64,000 nt of DNA, taken from contig JAUPSS010000010.1 in the NCBI GenBank assembly GCA_040285825.1, positions 1,114,881 to 1,178,880 on the forward strand, written 5' to 3'. The stretch is from Eukaryota sp. TZLM1-RC (taxonomy: Eukaryota; Protista; Metamonada: BaSk clade). This document shows, in pieces, positions 32,634 through 44,586 of this stretch. A program made the position numbers and the translations under genes. Within the stretch, counting starts at the first letter, position 1; each line of letters begins with the position of its first letter. Under the pieces are notes generated by a model. It saw only the letters and a program-made list of their open reading frames with translations, ran no database searches and was not told the DNA's origin.

Positions 32634-34118
32634 ATGTCTACGAGGCTGAGGTCAGTTGTTTCACGAAATAAGCGACGTCTTGTCAAAGATGACTTCAACC
32701 TCGATCTTTCATACATCACTTCACAAATTATTGCAATGGGTTATCCTAGTCATGGTGTAAGAGCTCTCTACCGCAATCCCTATCATCAAGTTAAACGCTT
32801 CATGGACAGCAATCATTCAGGAAAATACCGTATTTATAACCTTTGTGCGGAACCATCCTTCCAATACGACGCTTCTCTCTTTGAAAACCGTCTTGCTTGT
32901 TTTCCCTTTCTTGACCACTCACCTCCTCCTTTCTCGCTCATTCCTTCCTGGTGTTCGGATCTAGAGTCATGGCTCTCCAACAACAACGACCACATTGCAG
33001 CCATCCATTGCAAAGCAGGAAAAGGACGCACAGGTCTATGTATCTGTACCTTTCTTCTTCACTCAAACATTGTCTCTTCAGCTGATGATGCCATAACTTA
33101 CTTTGGTACACGGAGAACAAGTGATGGCAAGGGGCTCACCATACCTTCACAACAACGATATGTTTTTTATTATCAAGATTATTTAAAAGTGTCACGGTTA
33201 GGGGTACCTATAGATTTTGAAAGGTACCAGTCTGTGTTGTTGACTGGTTTGTCAATCAATCAATGCCCGAATCTACAAGATGGGGGTCGGCTTTCCTATG
33301 ATGTGATTGATGTTGATAATCAAGTCATTTTTGATTCAACTTCCCGGTCAACTACCTGGTCTTCACCTAATCAACCAGTCGACCTTCCCCCTTGTCCGGT
33401 TCAGTTAAAAGGAGATTTTCAAATCAAGTTATACCACGTCAAACCATTGGGAAGGAGGGTTAAGCTGGCGAGAATTTGTCTGAACAGTATGTTTTTACCT
33501 AAAGATGGGTCAATAGTGCTTAAAAAGAGTGAAATTGATCATGTCCATAAGGATACTGGTCATCATGTTTTCTCAAAGGATATTGAAATAACTTTATCCT
33601 TTTTCAGTACTGATTACAATCTTTCGATCTTTAACGAAATTTCAAGGATTTCCAAGGTGATTGAGGAAGATGATGAAAGTACAAAAGAAGAAAATGAGAT
33701 CTATCAATTTGTGAATGATTTGATTGATGATGTGATTGATGATGTGATACATCAACCAATGAATATAGAGGAACTTGTTAATGTTGTAGAAGAAGATTTC
33801 GGATTGGTAAATATTTGGATGTGTTCCGACAGTAACTCTTCAACTGAAAGTGACTGGCAGTCGGAAAGTGAATCAGAATTGATTGATTCTACTCCACAAC
33901 CCCAACATCCACAAAAAGCATCTTCTGATTTCGATATTCCTCTTGATCCCCGTTCTCAACCCTCCTCATCAAAGGAAAGTCCTTTCAGTAGAACAGAATT
34001 GCTGCCAGAACCAGCGGAAGTCATGGCGGAAGGTAGGGAAAGGTTAGAAGGTCATGAGAAGTTCTTGGAACAAATGATTGGCCAATTAGATTCGGAATTG
34101 GATGTTGAAGTTTTATAG
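32634..34118 (+). CDS. PTEN: PTEN-like lipid phosphatase with C2 domain and acidic tail
   Basis: VSRNKRR...LDLSYIT..IIAMGYP, catalytic HCKAGKGRTG, TIPSQQRYV. Confidence 0.93.
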   Translation: MSTRLRSVVSRNKRRLVKDDFNLDLSYITSQIIAMGYPSHGVRALYRNPYHQVKRFMDSNHSGKYRIYNLCAEPSFQYDASLFENRLACFPFLDHSPPPFSLIPSWCSDLESWLSNNNDHIAAIHCKAGKGRTGLCICTFLLHSNIVSSADDAITYFGTRRTSDGKGLTIPSQQRYVFYYQDYLKVSRLGVPIDFERYQSVLLTGLSINQCPNLQDGGRLSYDVIDVDNQVIFDSTSRSTTWSSPNQPVDLPPCPVQLKGDFQIKLYHVKPLGRRVKLARICLNSMFLPKDGSIVLKKSEIDHVHKDTGHHVFSKDIEITLSFFSTDYNLSIFNEISRISKVIEEDDESTKEENEIYQFVNDLIDDVIDDVIHQPMNIEELVNVVEEDFGLVNIWMCSDSNSSTESDWQSESESELIDSTPQPQHPQKASSDFDIPLDPRSQPSSSKESPFSRTELLPEPAEVMAEGRERLEGHEKFLEQMIGQLDSELDVEVL

Positions 34119-34630
34119 TTTTTAATTCTTTTTTGTGTATCTTCGTGATTTTTGTACATTAAATATTGTATATTGTTATTTTATTCAAGTGAATTGTGGT
34201 TTAAATACTTGTTGATCTAAACCAATGTTTATTATATTCGTTTCAATGACCAACAGCTTTGTGACTTTGACGGGTAAGAGTTGTTGGACTCGTATACATA
34301 AGTCAAAGGAGACATGTGGAAATGCAGCAGGTTCATCACACTATGCTGCAAAAGAATCAAGTGTGAACGTGCAAGATTTATCAAGTGTGTCTGAATTTGT
34401 TGGTAAACTTTGTCTTGTAGAATCATTTTTCCTGTACACAAATGGCTCCCGATCTGATGGTGTACCGTCTTGTTCAAGTTCTCTCTGTTGTTGCTGTGGG
34501 ATTGATCGTAAACTTCATGTTTACTGAGGAAAAGGAAGATTAAAGTTCTTTCTGTATTTGGTGTTCTCTTTGTTGTGTTTTCATTGTTTCGATCAGTGTT
34601 TGTGTGCAAATAAATGTATAAACGGGTTTA

Positions 34631-35005
34631 TTAGACATACATCGCATTTCCAGCGCTGGGCTGCTTACCCTTGAACACAAGTAAGAAACAACCAGCAGCT
34701 GCAAAACCAATAAGCTTTAAGGAAGTAGGAATCACAGGAATCCATAACAATAACGCTATGAGAAGTACATGCGCAACAGTGGCAAGGAGTGCCATGAACT
34801 TGAAGGAATTTTTCGATGTTTTATGGTGCAGCTTCAACATAGCAAACCATGAGCCATATGGAGAAAACACAATTGCTAGGTGTAACTGAAGTTCAGATAT
34901 GCGCCAGTCATTGTTTTGGGCAGCGTTTTTGTCTTTTTTAAATAATCTGTAAGCGCCGTATGAGCAAAGGGCATAAAGCACAACAAATACTAGTTGAAAC
35001 AACAT
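34631..35005 (-). CDS. DUF1294-family small membrane protein
   Basis: DKNAAQNNDWRISELQLH...HHKTSKNSF motif; ATG at 35005. Confidence 0.75.
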   Translation of the reverse strand: MLFQLVFVVLYALCSYGAYRLFKKDKNAAQNNDWRISELQLHLAIVFSPYGSWFAMLKLHHKTSKNSFKFMALLATVAHVLLIALLLWIPVIPTSLKLIGFAAAGCFLLVFKGKQPSAGNAMYV

Positions 35006-35077
35006 TGAAGGTAGTGTGAAATGGTAGGATAATCTAATCAATCTTAAAGCAACTTTACCCTACAAGGTTCACATTAC

Positions 35078-36748
35078 ATGACCAGTACAGAACACGCAAC
35101 TCCTATATCGCCACAAACCAACGTATCTTCGGAATTGGAGTCAAAACCTCTAACATCTGAGGAATCTTCTTTAGCTCAACCTGATTCCACTGAAAAAGAA
35201 GCAAAACTCAATGCTCAAGAACATCAAGAATCTTCTCCGGTTCCATCTGATTCAACTACAGAAGAAGCAAAACTCAATGCTCAAGAACATCAAGAATCTT
35301 CTCCGGTTCCATCTGATTCAACTACAGAAGAAGCAGAACTCAATGCTCAAGAACAACAAGAATCTTCTCCGGTTCCATCTGATTCAACTACAGAAGAAGC
35401 AAAACTCAATGCTCAAGAACAACAACAATCTTCTCCGGTTCCATCTGATTCAACTACAGAAGAAGTAGAACTCAATGCTCAAGAACAACAAGAATCTTCC
35501 CCGGTTCCATCTGATTCAACTACAGAAGAAGCAAAACTCAATGCTCAAGAACAGCAAGAATCTTCCCCGATTCCATCTGATTCAACTACAGAAGAAGTAG
35601 AACTCAATGCTCAAGAACAACAAGAATCTTCCCCGGTTCCATCTGATTCAACTACAGAAGAAGTAGAACTCAATGCTCAAGAAGAACAGGTGTCTTCCCA
35701 TTCAGAAGAGTCCTCTTCTTCTCCCCCAAACCCCATCGATGACAAACCTGTTGATGAAGGTGTCAATAGTACCGTCAATGAATCCACCGAAACCACTCCC
35801 CCTGAAGAACAACCCTCGACACCACCTGTTGCAGATGAAAGCTCTAGTCCTGACCATGAGAATCAACCCAATCCCTCAGAATATATGCCCCAAATTTCAT
35901 CTCCTCCTGTGGAAAAAAAGGAAGTGGAAGAGAGTGGCGAGAAGGAAAGCGAATGTGATGGTTCCCAACCAGAAGAGTTTGTGAATGAAAAACCCGATGG
36001 ATCAGATGAGGAAGCAACAGTGGCGTCATCCACCTTGGAAGAAGCCACAGTTGAAGAGAAAGCTTTACCTCTAAAAGAAGACGATGAAGTCGACTTGGAT
36101 GACTTGGTTGGTGATAAAAAGGAAACTGGTCAAGCCAAGCCAACCGACTCTGACGAAAACCAGCTCAAAGCAGTCCCATACAAGGCCTTGTATTCTTTTC
36201 AAGCCAGGGTTGACAACGAGCTTTCTTTTGACTCTGGGGAAATTATTATGCTCTTGGAGAAACATGAGTCTGGGATGTGGAAGGGAAAGAAGCAATCGAC
36301 TGGTAGAGTAGCCTATTTTCCTTATAACTACTGTGAGCCATTGCACCCCTCGGTAGATCATTCAACCCCACCGTTCAGACCATCAGTTAGAGTTGCTTCT
36401 CAGAAAACCAATCCTTTTGCTGTGAAACATCAAGGTTTCATGTCCAAACAAGGTAGCTTTTTCCGAACCTGGCGGCGAAGGTTTTTTGTTTTGAGAAATA
36501 GTGCCTTGTCTTATTATAAAGATAATACTGATACAAAACCTAAGAATACCATTCATTTGACTCCTTTATCCAGTGTAGAACCGATTTCAAGGCAATTGTA
36601 CACCTCTCTGAGGGTCAATAGGCCTATTTCTCATTGTTTAATGGTGTCTTCATCCCCAGGTAGCAGGGTGTTTTACTTTATTGCTGATTCGGAAGTAGAG
36701 AGGAACCAGTGGATTGAAAGCATTAGAAGTGCCATTCCCCTACAGTAA
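35078..36748 (+). CDS. SH3 plus PH domain protein with acidic repetitive N-terminus
   Basis: SH3 ALYSFQARVDNELSF...WKG...YFPYNY; PH GFMSKQGSFFRTWRRRFFVL...ERNQWIESI. Confidence 0.9.
   Translation: MTSTEHATPISPQTNVSSELESKPLTSEESSLAQPDSTEKEAKLNAQEHQESSPVPSDSTTEEAKLNAQEHQESSPVPSDSTTEEAELNAQEQQESSPVPSDSTTEEAKLNAQEQQQSSPVPSDSTTEEVELNAQEQQESSPVPSDSTTEEAKLNAQEQQESSPIPSDSTTEEVELNAQEQQESSPVPSDSTTEEVELNAQEEQVSSHSEESSSSPPNPIDDKPVDEGVNSTVNESTETTPPEEQPSTPPVADESSSPDHENQPNPSEYMPQISSPPVEKKEVEESGEKESECDGSQPEEFVNEKPDGSDEEATVASSTLEEATVEEKALPLKEDDEVDLDDLVGDKKETGQAKPTDSDENQLKAVPYKALYSFQARVDNELSFDSGEIIMLLEKHESGMWKGKKQSTGRVAYFPYNYCEPLHPSVDHSTPPFRPSVRVASQKTNPFAVKHQGFMSKQGSFFRTWRRRFFVLRNSALSYYKDNTDTKPKNTIHLTPLSSVEPISRQLYTSLRVNRPISHCLMVSSSPGSRVFYFIADSEVERNQWIESIRSAIPLQ
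35181..35688 (+). repeat. Coding minisatellite, 66-bp unit, about 7.5 copies (22-aa EEAKLNAQEQQESSPVPSDSTT)
   Basis: atgctcaag recurs at 35211, 35277, 35343, 35409, 35475, 35541, 35607 and 35673. Confidence 0.95.
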
Positions 36749-37259
36749 GTCTTTTATTGTGGAATTTATAGGAATTGTATAGTAAACTTGTTTTAAAAGT
36801 GTTTAGCTTGAATAAATTATGAAGTTGATTCATTAGGGTGTCTTTTCACATGTATTTTCATTAAAAAATTGTTTCTTTTGATGTTTGAGGGGAGGTGTGA
36901 TCAGTTGGAAGTCATTTGAATGTGATAATTTGACCACATAACATTTTCTTTTAATATCAATCAGTCAATTGAAATATTTGCATGTAATTTCATTCTTCTT
37001 ACAAAAGCTTCATTATTAGTACACAGCTCATATTCTCAAGGCACCATGAAGACAAATAGGGATGGATATGTGCTTTCAAACAATGATTCCACATAATGCA
37101 GCTGAGCAATTGAGAAGTCTTATTCATTTAGTGACGGTAGAATTATAAGTGATTTAAGTTGGAACTAAAAGTGCTAATACTCACCACATAACTAATAGTT
37201 CCAAAATCAAATATTATCGATTCATTTTTCATTATAGTGTTCGTCCATGTGTTGGTAAA

Positions 37260-40200
37260 ATGAATAGTGTTGGTGAAAAAGGATTTTATAATTATGTACA
37301 CAAAACGAAACCTACAAGTGAATTTTGGCAAGTAATTATTGAAGCCCTCATGCAAGCCCTCTGGCCTCATGAGACCCTCTCTTTGATTGGTGATCCTTCA
37401 ACTACTCCTGAACAGGTTCTTGATCTATGTAAGCAGGTTCTTTCGTCCTCTCTTACTTCAAACACAACTTATTCAGTCCTCAAAGCCCTTCTTCAACCTC
37501 AAAATTCATCTACGCTGATGCATCTCCCTCAATACTGGGATACCTTACACTCTTTTGTTGTTCTTATTACCGATATTTCCTTCTTTGATCTTATACTCCC
37601 TGTTATTCGTTCCTTCCTTGACTCTACATCACTCTCTTCTACTTCAATGTCTTCCTTCTCTACATTTGCTCAGCACTGGATGGCCTATCTCACACCTGTT
37701 TCTCTCTTGAATTGCTTCATTACTCTCTCTGAGCTTTCACCTTCCTCTTTACTTGCTTCTTTCTTGACCAACCTGTTGGACGCTTTGGAGTCTTCACTGG
37801 AGAAGTTTAGTGCTAGTACCACCTCAAAAAAGATTTTTGAATTAGCTTTACCGATTATAATTTCTTTAGGTAATGTTTATTTTAAAAATCAATTTATTCA
37901 GAAAATTGTTGATGGTTATTTGGCTACAATTGGTCAGCTTTTGTTTAATTCTTCTGATTTGAAGGACTGGTTAGCAATTTTGCCTTCGCTAGATGTCCAA
38001 AATTTAAATATTTCAGAGCTGAGCTCACAAAAGGATCACGACAAGCGCTGGACAAGGCAATTGGAACAGGAGTTAAGTTCGTGTCACTCAAGTACTTGGT
38101 TAGTTATCAAATTAGCATTTACAAGCTCATTATTCAATAAGATCAGCAACACAGATGGTGATTTAATGTTGAAGTTCGCCTTGTTAGCTGCTAAATGTGT
38201 TGCTGTTGATGATGTTGGGGTTTATCAATCAATTTTTGATTGTTGCCGGTCATTTTGGGGTTCATTTTTGACCCCTGATCGCTTGACATTTCTTGACCGA
38301 CTGTTCAATCACATCATAGCCTGCCAATCTATCAATAATCAATCAAATGCTGATTCTTTCGCTTCCTTTTTGGTCTCTGTTGTTGATGTTTTCCCCTCCC
38401 AAGTTTTAAATTTTCTAGAGCAATTAGATTTTGAATTAATCAACAATTTTAATAATTATTTACCAGAATTTATTTTGGCTTTTTCAAAAGTTCGAAAAAT
38501 GGTTGATTTTGCTCCATTAATGATTAAGAAGTTTTTGATTGGTGATGTTTCACATCTAGATTTAACACCAATTTCAAATGCCTTCGTTTCCGTAATCAAA
38601 TCACATCATCAATCAATCAATCAGGAACTTATGAGCCTTTTGATTGAAACTTCCTTTGAAGAGTTTCCTTCTAAATGGGTCTTTATATCCCTTTTAATAA
38701 CTTGTTTTAAATTCAATAATCATCAGCTAGTGGAATATTTGATTAATTCTTTACAAAAATCAGAAAAAAAAGCAATATTTGAAATTAAATCAATTGTTTT
38801 TTGTTTAGTTAAAGTTTTATCGGTTTCTGACAATTATGCCATTTCTAATAGGTTATTATCACTGTCAATTTTTCAATCAAAAAAATCAATCAAAAAACCA
38901 ATCAAAAAATCCTTATTTTGAATTGTTGTGTTTCGTTTGCACAATTAATGTAATAAAAGAAAAAGGAAAATCTGACCTTTTTAATCTCAAATCTTTTCAA
39001 AAATCTTTATTTTCTGATCCAAGTCTCTCTAAATCTGCCATTATTATTTTGAACATGTGTGATTTTATCTTTTTAGACCTAATTTGGGATCCATATCTGA
39101 GTTTATTCCCGTGCTTGCCATCGGTCATAAATGATCTTGACTTTCCGAGACTTTTCAAATATTATGACCGATGCTTTAAATCAGGAGTAATTCTCACTTT
39201 TAGCAATTTAAATGAAGTTTTTATTTCAAAGTTTTTAAAATCATTGAGAAAAACTGCCAGCTCTTTTTAATGATTCTAATATTAATTCGACTTGTCAAAT
39301 TTTTTCGGATTTTCTTTGTTTTAAATTTGATGATTCCACCAAATTCTTTTCTTATTTAACAAAACTTATTGGTAAAATCCTATCACATCACGAATTCAGC
39401 ATTAATTCCTTAAAATCATTATTGAATTTAATTAAAACTAATAATGATTTATTAAAAAATTCTTCTATTTGCCAAGTATTTAAAGATCATGAAACCGTAT
39501 TTAAAAATCAAACGAATTAATCCAATTATATTCACTTTTATTTTCTGAAAATTGTTTTAATTCAGAAGAATATTCTGCAGCCTATTGGTTTAATTCGTTT
39601 AATAATGAAAATTTCACTACTCACAATGAAGCTTTTTTTGTTCGATATTTATTAAAATGTCATCCATCTGAGATTAAGGAACTACTTAATTCTATTTTTG
39701 AACATTTCAAATCAATCATTTTTTCCAATCAATCGACAATCAATCTCAATCAAACTGTTGCCTTGTCACGTTTACTTTCCACTCTTTGCTCTAGTTCTGT
39801 TGCCAAGGTCGTTTGTCATGCATTCGTTCCAATTGTTGTGGAATTTGTCCAGTTGTTGCAAGGTTTTGTCAACGTAGATCAAAATCAAGAAGACTTTGAA
39901 GAAGCGCGGAGGATTTTATTTCATTTATTTTCCAAGATATTTAGTTGCAAACGGTTCACATTGGCCAAGAGGATTCTTTCAAACATGCTTCATATCATAG
40001 CTCGATTGGAAGGCAATTCAGGTGAGAGCCTGAGTTGTCTTTTTGCTTTGCTCAGATATAGAATCTCTAGCTGCAATGATACCCTTCTCCCTGTGTTCAG
40101 TTCGCTCTTAGTTGCTAGCTTGTTGAAACAATCGAAGAAGTCCATAATTTCAGCCAAAAGTCTAGATGAAACAGGCAATGTGCTCAGCAGAATATTGTCA

Positions 40201-40434
40201 ACTTTTGTTCAGCTTAAAACCAAAAACTATATTGTTGCTTTTCCATTATTGTTGTCTTGCTTGAACTTTATTTCGTGCGTTGGCAGTTGCTATGATTCTT
40301 TACCCAATCAATTTTTGGTTTCACTTAACTCGTTGTTGATTTCGTTATCGAAATCTGATCAGCAAAGGGTGTCTCAGATGTTGCCAAGTTCTTTACGAAA
40401 TATATTGAAAAGAGTTTGCTCTTCAGTCTCTTAG
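37260..40434 (+). CDS. Large alpha-helical (HEAT/ARM-like) protein of about 1050 aa, broken by apparent frameshifts; C-terminus weakly Urb2/Npa2-like
   Basis: Three consecutive same-strand Leu-rich ORFs (37260, 38836, 39763); breaks fall in an AT-rich, homopolymer-rich stretch. Confidence 0.5.
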
Positions 40435-41305
40435 TTTTTAGTTTTTCTAGTCACTATTATAATGTTAAAATAACCCATAATTTATTTTGAGCTGTTTTTC
40501 GTTTATGGAATAAATTCTCTTTCCAAACTATCAATATTCCAATAAAATCCTTGATGTTCTTATTCCCATTAACCCAATAAGTACTGATAACTAGATGAGA
40601 AAACCATGCTCACAGCACTTGTTGTAAATTGAACAACAAACTGTAATACTCAAATTCCAGTCTACTGAATTTTGAAAGCGAATTTTCATTCAATTTCATG
40701 GTAAATCAGGGGTTATTAACTACCATTCAATTTCGTGAAAACATAACAAATTTTTTCCCTAAAAGGAACAAATCCGAATGTTTCAACTATAATAACTTGT
40801 GAACCAAATGTTGTCTCTTCATCACCATCACAATGCTTATAACGCCATTGTCCGGTAACTGATGTTAAAAGTGTAGAAAGTTTAATTCAGTTAAAGAAAT
40901 GCGCACAATTGAGTTTTCCTAAAACAATTCTTTGATGAATAAAACTTCTGCTTGAATTAAACCCCCCCCCCATTTAGTGATATTTAGTGTGCGAGGGCAT
41001 GATTGAATTGTTCTATTTGGTCGTTGAAACAATTATTCCCACTGTTGCAAATATTGCACTTGATGTTCATGGCAATTTTGCGACTTGTTGAATTAATCAA
41101 GTACGAAGAATTTCTTTAACAAACACTCATTGTATTCATACAAAATTGTTAAAAACTGAAAAACAATTTTCTCAAACTCCACATCTACCGTTGAAAATTT
41201 ACCTACAACATTTTCTTCATAGAATCATCCTAGTGATAACAACGAGCTAGAAACAAAACTATGCATTCCTTTAAACATAGAAAATACAATTCTATTTTAC
41301 CAATA

Positions 41306-41893
41306 TGCTTTCAATATGACACAAACTGCAAGAATATCGTGTATCGAAGAGCCCCTGTTAAAGGAAACACTTTCTCTGAATAATTTTGGTTCTGATGATA
41401 GAGGTGATGTATACTGTGATTGAATTGATAATTCTGAAGCTATTGTTGACTTTGTCTCATGTAATGTTGCAAAAGATACTTTGGTTCACAGAAGAAAACT
41501 TAATCCTGTGGCTGCTCTTGATCTCAAAGCAACAGAGAAACATAGAAAATATGATAAAGGTATTGAAGAGGCGAATGTCGATAGAAATACACAGCTGGTT
41601 TTTATTGCTTTCCCATTTTCGATAAATGGAAGATTGTCAGTTGAAGCAGAAACTTTTTTGGATGACTTCCAAAAAATGGTGAAAGAAAAAACAATGAAAA
41701 GATTTGATATTTTTTTATGGCTTCACGGATTCAATGTGCCATTATTAATAGATTACCTCGGTTTTTCAATCGAATAAGAGAAGCTTTAGCTAGACAGCAA
41801 GCAGATCAAGATTTTGTAGAGGAAATCATGGCTCAATGATATTCGTCCCATTAGTTATGAATTAATTTAATTAAGTGTGCATGTTCAATAAAT
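41306..41893 (+). mobile_element. 5'-truncated retrotransposon family A copy, abutting a short inverted family-B piece (about 41230-41305)
   Basis: Matches 55465-56020; ends at gtgtgcatgttcaataaat. Confidence 0.85.
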
Positions 41894-42489
41894 ACAAATT
41901 TTACCAAAAGTTGGCTTGGTCAAATTTTGTTCCAGCATTGCAATTGAATTTGGGTATTTTACGTGCGTTGTAATACTGCAACGTTAGGTTCAACTTGTCG
42001 GTCTTGAAAATCTACCGGATAGGTGTTATTCAATTACTGAACTTCATAATTAACAATTTCGAAAAGGTTTAATAGACTCAAAGAAGATCTTCTTTAGGAA
42101 GAAACTTTATTTTCATGTTCTAGAACCAAGAATTCCTGGAAGACCCTTATTTGTCATTATCTATGCGTCTTCGATCCTTCTCTTGGCCTTCTAGTCTTCC
42201 TAGAAAGCTGCAAATGTGGTAACAGTGCCATTTTCAACATATCATTTAATTGTATTCGTTGTATTACTGTTAGGTTAAAAGTTTATGGTGCACTCCGTGA
42301 TCAACTTTATTGTAAGTGTAAGTCTCACAAGTTTAAATGGTTTTTTAGATTGTTTTTTTGGTTGATGAATCTGACAAGAATTTGTTGAAGCCGTGTTGTT
42401 CCAGACCTTGGCTGCATCAATGATTATTATTGAAAACAGGTCTACAGCCAAATAACTCAAATGAATAGTTTACACTTTCTGGTAATTAA

Positions 42490-42870
42490 CCATTACGTAG
42501 AGCTCAGAAGGGTAAAATGATCAAGCTTGCCAAATGTGATAATTTTAATGATTTTCAAGTCAAATACCCAATACCTTCAGTGTCCTCCTGCATTTCTTTA
42601 TTTGGTTTCTTAGGTACAACTTCTTTATCTTTTTTAGGTTATTTTTCTCACATTGCGAAAATTGAACAGGAAGACTTTGCATTTGTTGGCAAATCAAAAA
42701 TGTATTTTTAATTACCCATGGGAATTTGCAACCTCTTTTCTAGACCGTCATTTCTTGCAAAATATTTTGAAAGAAAAGCTGTAGCTAAATGTGGAGTTTG
42801 AGGAAATTGGTTTTTAGTGTTTGACAAAATATATTAATTAGTTTTAGTTAGGAATTAATTAATTTAAAAA
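42490..42870 (+). mobile_element. Decayed retrotransposon family B 3' fragment
   Basis: KMIKLAK...SLFGFLGTTSLSFL; degenerate. Confidence 0.55.
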
Positions 42871-42937
42871 TAAATTTCTAAAATGAACCTATTTCTTCAG
42901 GTAGTCTCACCGTATTAACCTTTTGTGTTTGTAGCGG

Positions 42938-44398
42938 ATGTCTCTCAGTCCTGTTAGACTGCCATCTGCTTCTCTGCCTTCTTCGTCCTCTCCACTCCCT
43001 ACGTCTTCAAAACATGCACATACACCCTCTAGGCATCGATCGGCTTTCAACCAGCCTCAATCCCCATCAGCCTCTGTCTCCGTTCTTCAGGGTACTATAA
43101 CAAAACTGAAAGAAAGCAATCGTTCCTTACTCTCTGACCTACAACGAGAACGAGAGCAACACCGCCTTGCTTCAGATAGCCCTGCCTCTGTTGATGCTGT
43201 CAGAAAGAAGTACGAGCAAGTGATATTCAAAATCCGTTCTCAATTAGATAACACCAAAGCCGAAGTCAATGCCTACAAGTCCCAAATAGGCCAACTCAAC
43301 ACTGAGAAGAAAGACCTTGCTCGTCAGGTTGAGTCGTTTAGGTCAAATGAATTAAAACTGACGAAGAGGATCAATAAACTCGAGTCTGTCCTTGCACGTG
43401 CTCGATCAGCCTTACACACTTCTCTTACCTCCAACGAACTCCTTCACCAGCTAAAGATGGAGCTTGAGGAGGACCAGGTGGGGATAGTGGCTGAAAGTAA
43501 CAGATTTGCGGAGAAGGCTAGCTTGCATGGGCATGAAGTTCAACGATTGTTAGCTGAAAACACTGCTTTGAAGAAACAACTTGATGCGACCAACGCAGAA
43601 ATGGCTGCTCAAACCCAACAGTTTTTACAAGAAAGAGAAAGCTTTAGTTTGGAATTGAGTGAGTTACGGAGACATGTTGAAGGTGATTCTGTCATTTCCG
43701 AACTTCGAATTGGGTCGGAGAACAAGCGAAAAGGATTGAGTAGTCTGATCAAGAACCTACAGGACAGAGGAAGAAACCAAACCAGCATGTTGGAAGAGTT
43801 TTTGACCAGGGTCATGAGTGGAGGGGATGTGGAGTCTAGCTTGCTTGAGTATTGCTCTGATATTGTGGCTGAATCAAGGACGTTGAAGATTGAGTTAAGT
43901 CAATGTAAGAAGGAACTTGCACAGTTGAAGGGTGGTTCTTTAGAAGGAGGATTCGTACGAAGTTCCAGTGTCATACTGGAAGAGAAACTAGCAAAGGTGG
44001 AAAAGCAGTTGAAGGAGAGCCAGAGTGAAGTGTTTGGCTTGCAAAAGGTTATAGGGAATGTTGCTTCAAGTATTGAATCTATTTTCGTGAAGCTGGGTGA
44101 TTCAAGAACTGTTTCCAGTGATTTGGAGAGTTCTTTGCAGGAGTTGGATGGCAAGGTTACTGCAATGGTATCAAATGTTAACCAGAGAGAAGGAAAGAGA
44201 AAAGGGAGAGAATCGACACGGAGGTCTGGAATGGTCTTTAATCAATCAAAATCAGTTTCCCAATCAAATTCTTCCTTCCAGCCAGATTTGATTGATTCAG
44301 GAAGATTTAATGATGAGGTGAGTGACTCTTTTATGCCAACTAAGGAAATGAAAGCTCTTTCCCTAGCCTTTGTGAAGAAAAGAAGTGAATCAGGTTAG
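42938..44398 (+). CDS. Long coiled-coil protein of unknown function
   Basis: 486-aa ORF, Ser/Pro-rich N-terminus, heptad-rich body. Confidence 0.7.
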   Translation: MSLSPVRLPSASLPSSSSPLPTSSKHAHTPSRHRSAFNQPQSPSASVSVLQGTITKLKESNRSLLSDLQREREQHRLASDSPASVDAVRKKYEQVIFKIRSQLDNTKAEVNAYKSQIGQLNTEKKDLARQVESFRSNELKLTKRINKLESVLARARSALHTSLTSNELLHQLKMELEEDQVGIVAESNRFAEKASLHGHEVQRLLAENTALKKQLDATNAEMAAQTQQFLQERESFSLELSELRRHVEGDSVISELRIGSENKRKGLSSLIKNLQDRGRNQTSMLEEFLTRVMSGGDVESSLLEYCSDIVAESRTLKIELSQCKKELAQLKGGSLEGGFVRSSSVILEEKLAKVEKQLKESQSEVFGLQKVIGNVASSIESIFVKLGDSRTVSSDLESSLQELDGKVTAMVSNVNQREGKRKGRESTRRSGMVFNQSKSVSQSNSSFQPDLIDSGRFNDEVSDSFMPTKEMKALSLAFVKKRSESG

Positions 44399-44416
44399 GG
44401 TTAGGGTTAGGGTTAG
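44395..44416 (+). repeat. Interstitial telomere-type repeat (TTAGGG)3TTAG
   Basis: ttagggttagggttagggttag, overlapping the TAG stop of 42938..44398. Confidence 0.8.
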
Positions 44417-44586
44417 TTTTTTGTATTATAGAAGGTGTTGTTCAACACTTTGTAATTTATTTTTTTGATCGTTAATTCATTTATTAATCATTTTTTAGTT
44501 TTTTATTCAATACCATTTGGTTTAATATTTTACAAAAATTAATAAAAAAATTAAATCAATTAAATATTAATTAATTATTAATGACT

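Noticed and set aside
34225-34609. Overlapping ORFs 34225..34527 and 34232..34609 as genes
   Set aside because: No recognisable motifs and one lacks an ATG start; left unannotated
35181-35688. CRISPR-like array
   Set aside because: Head-to-tail 66-bp units with no unique spacers, in frame within a eukaryotic CDS
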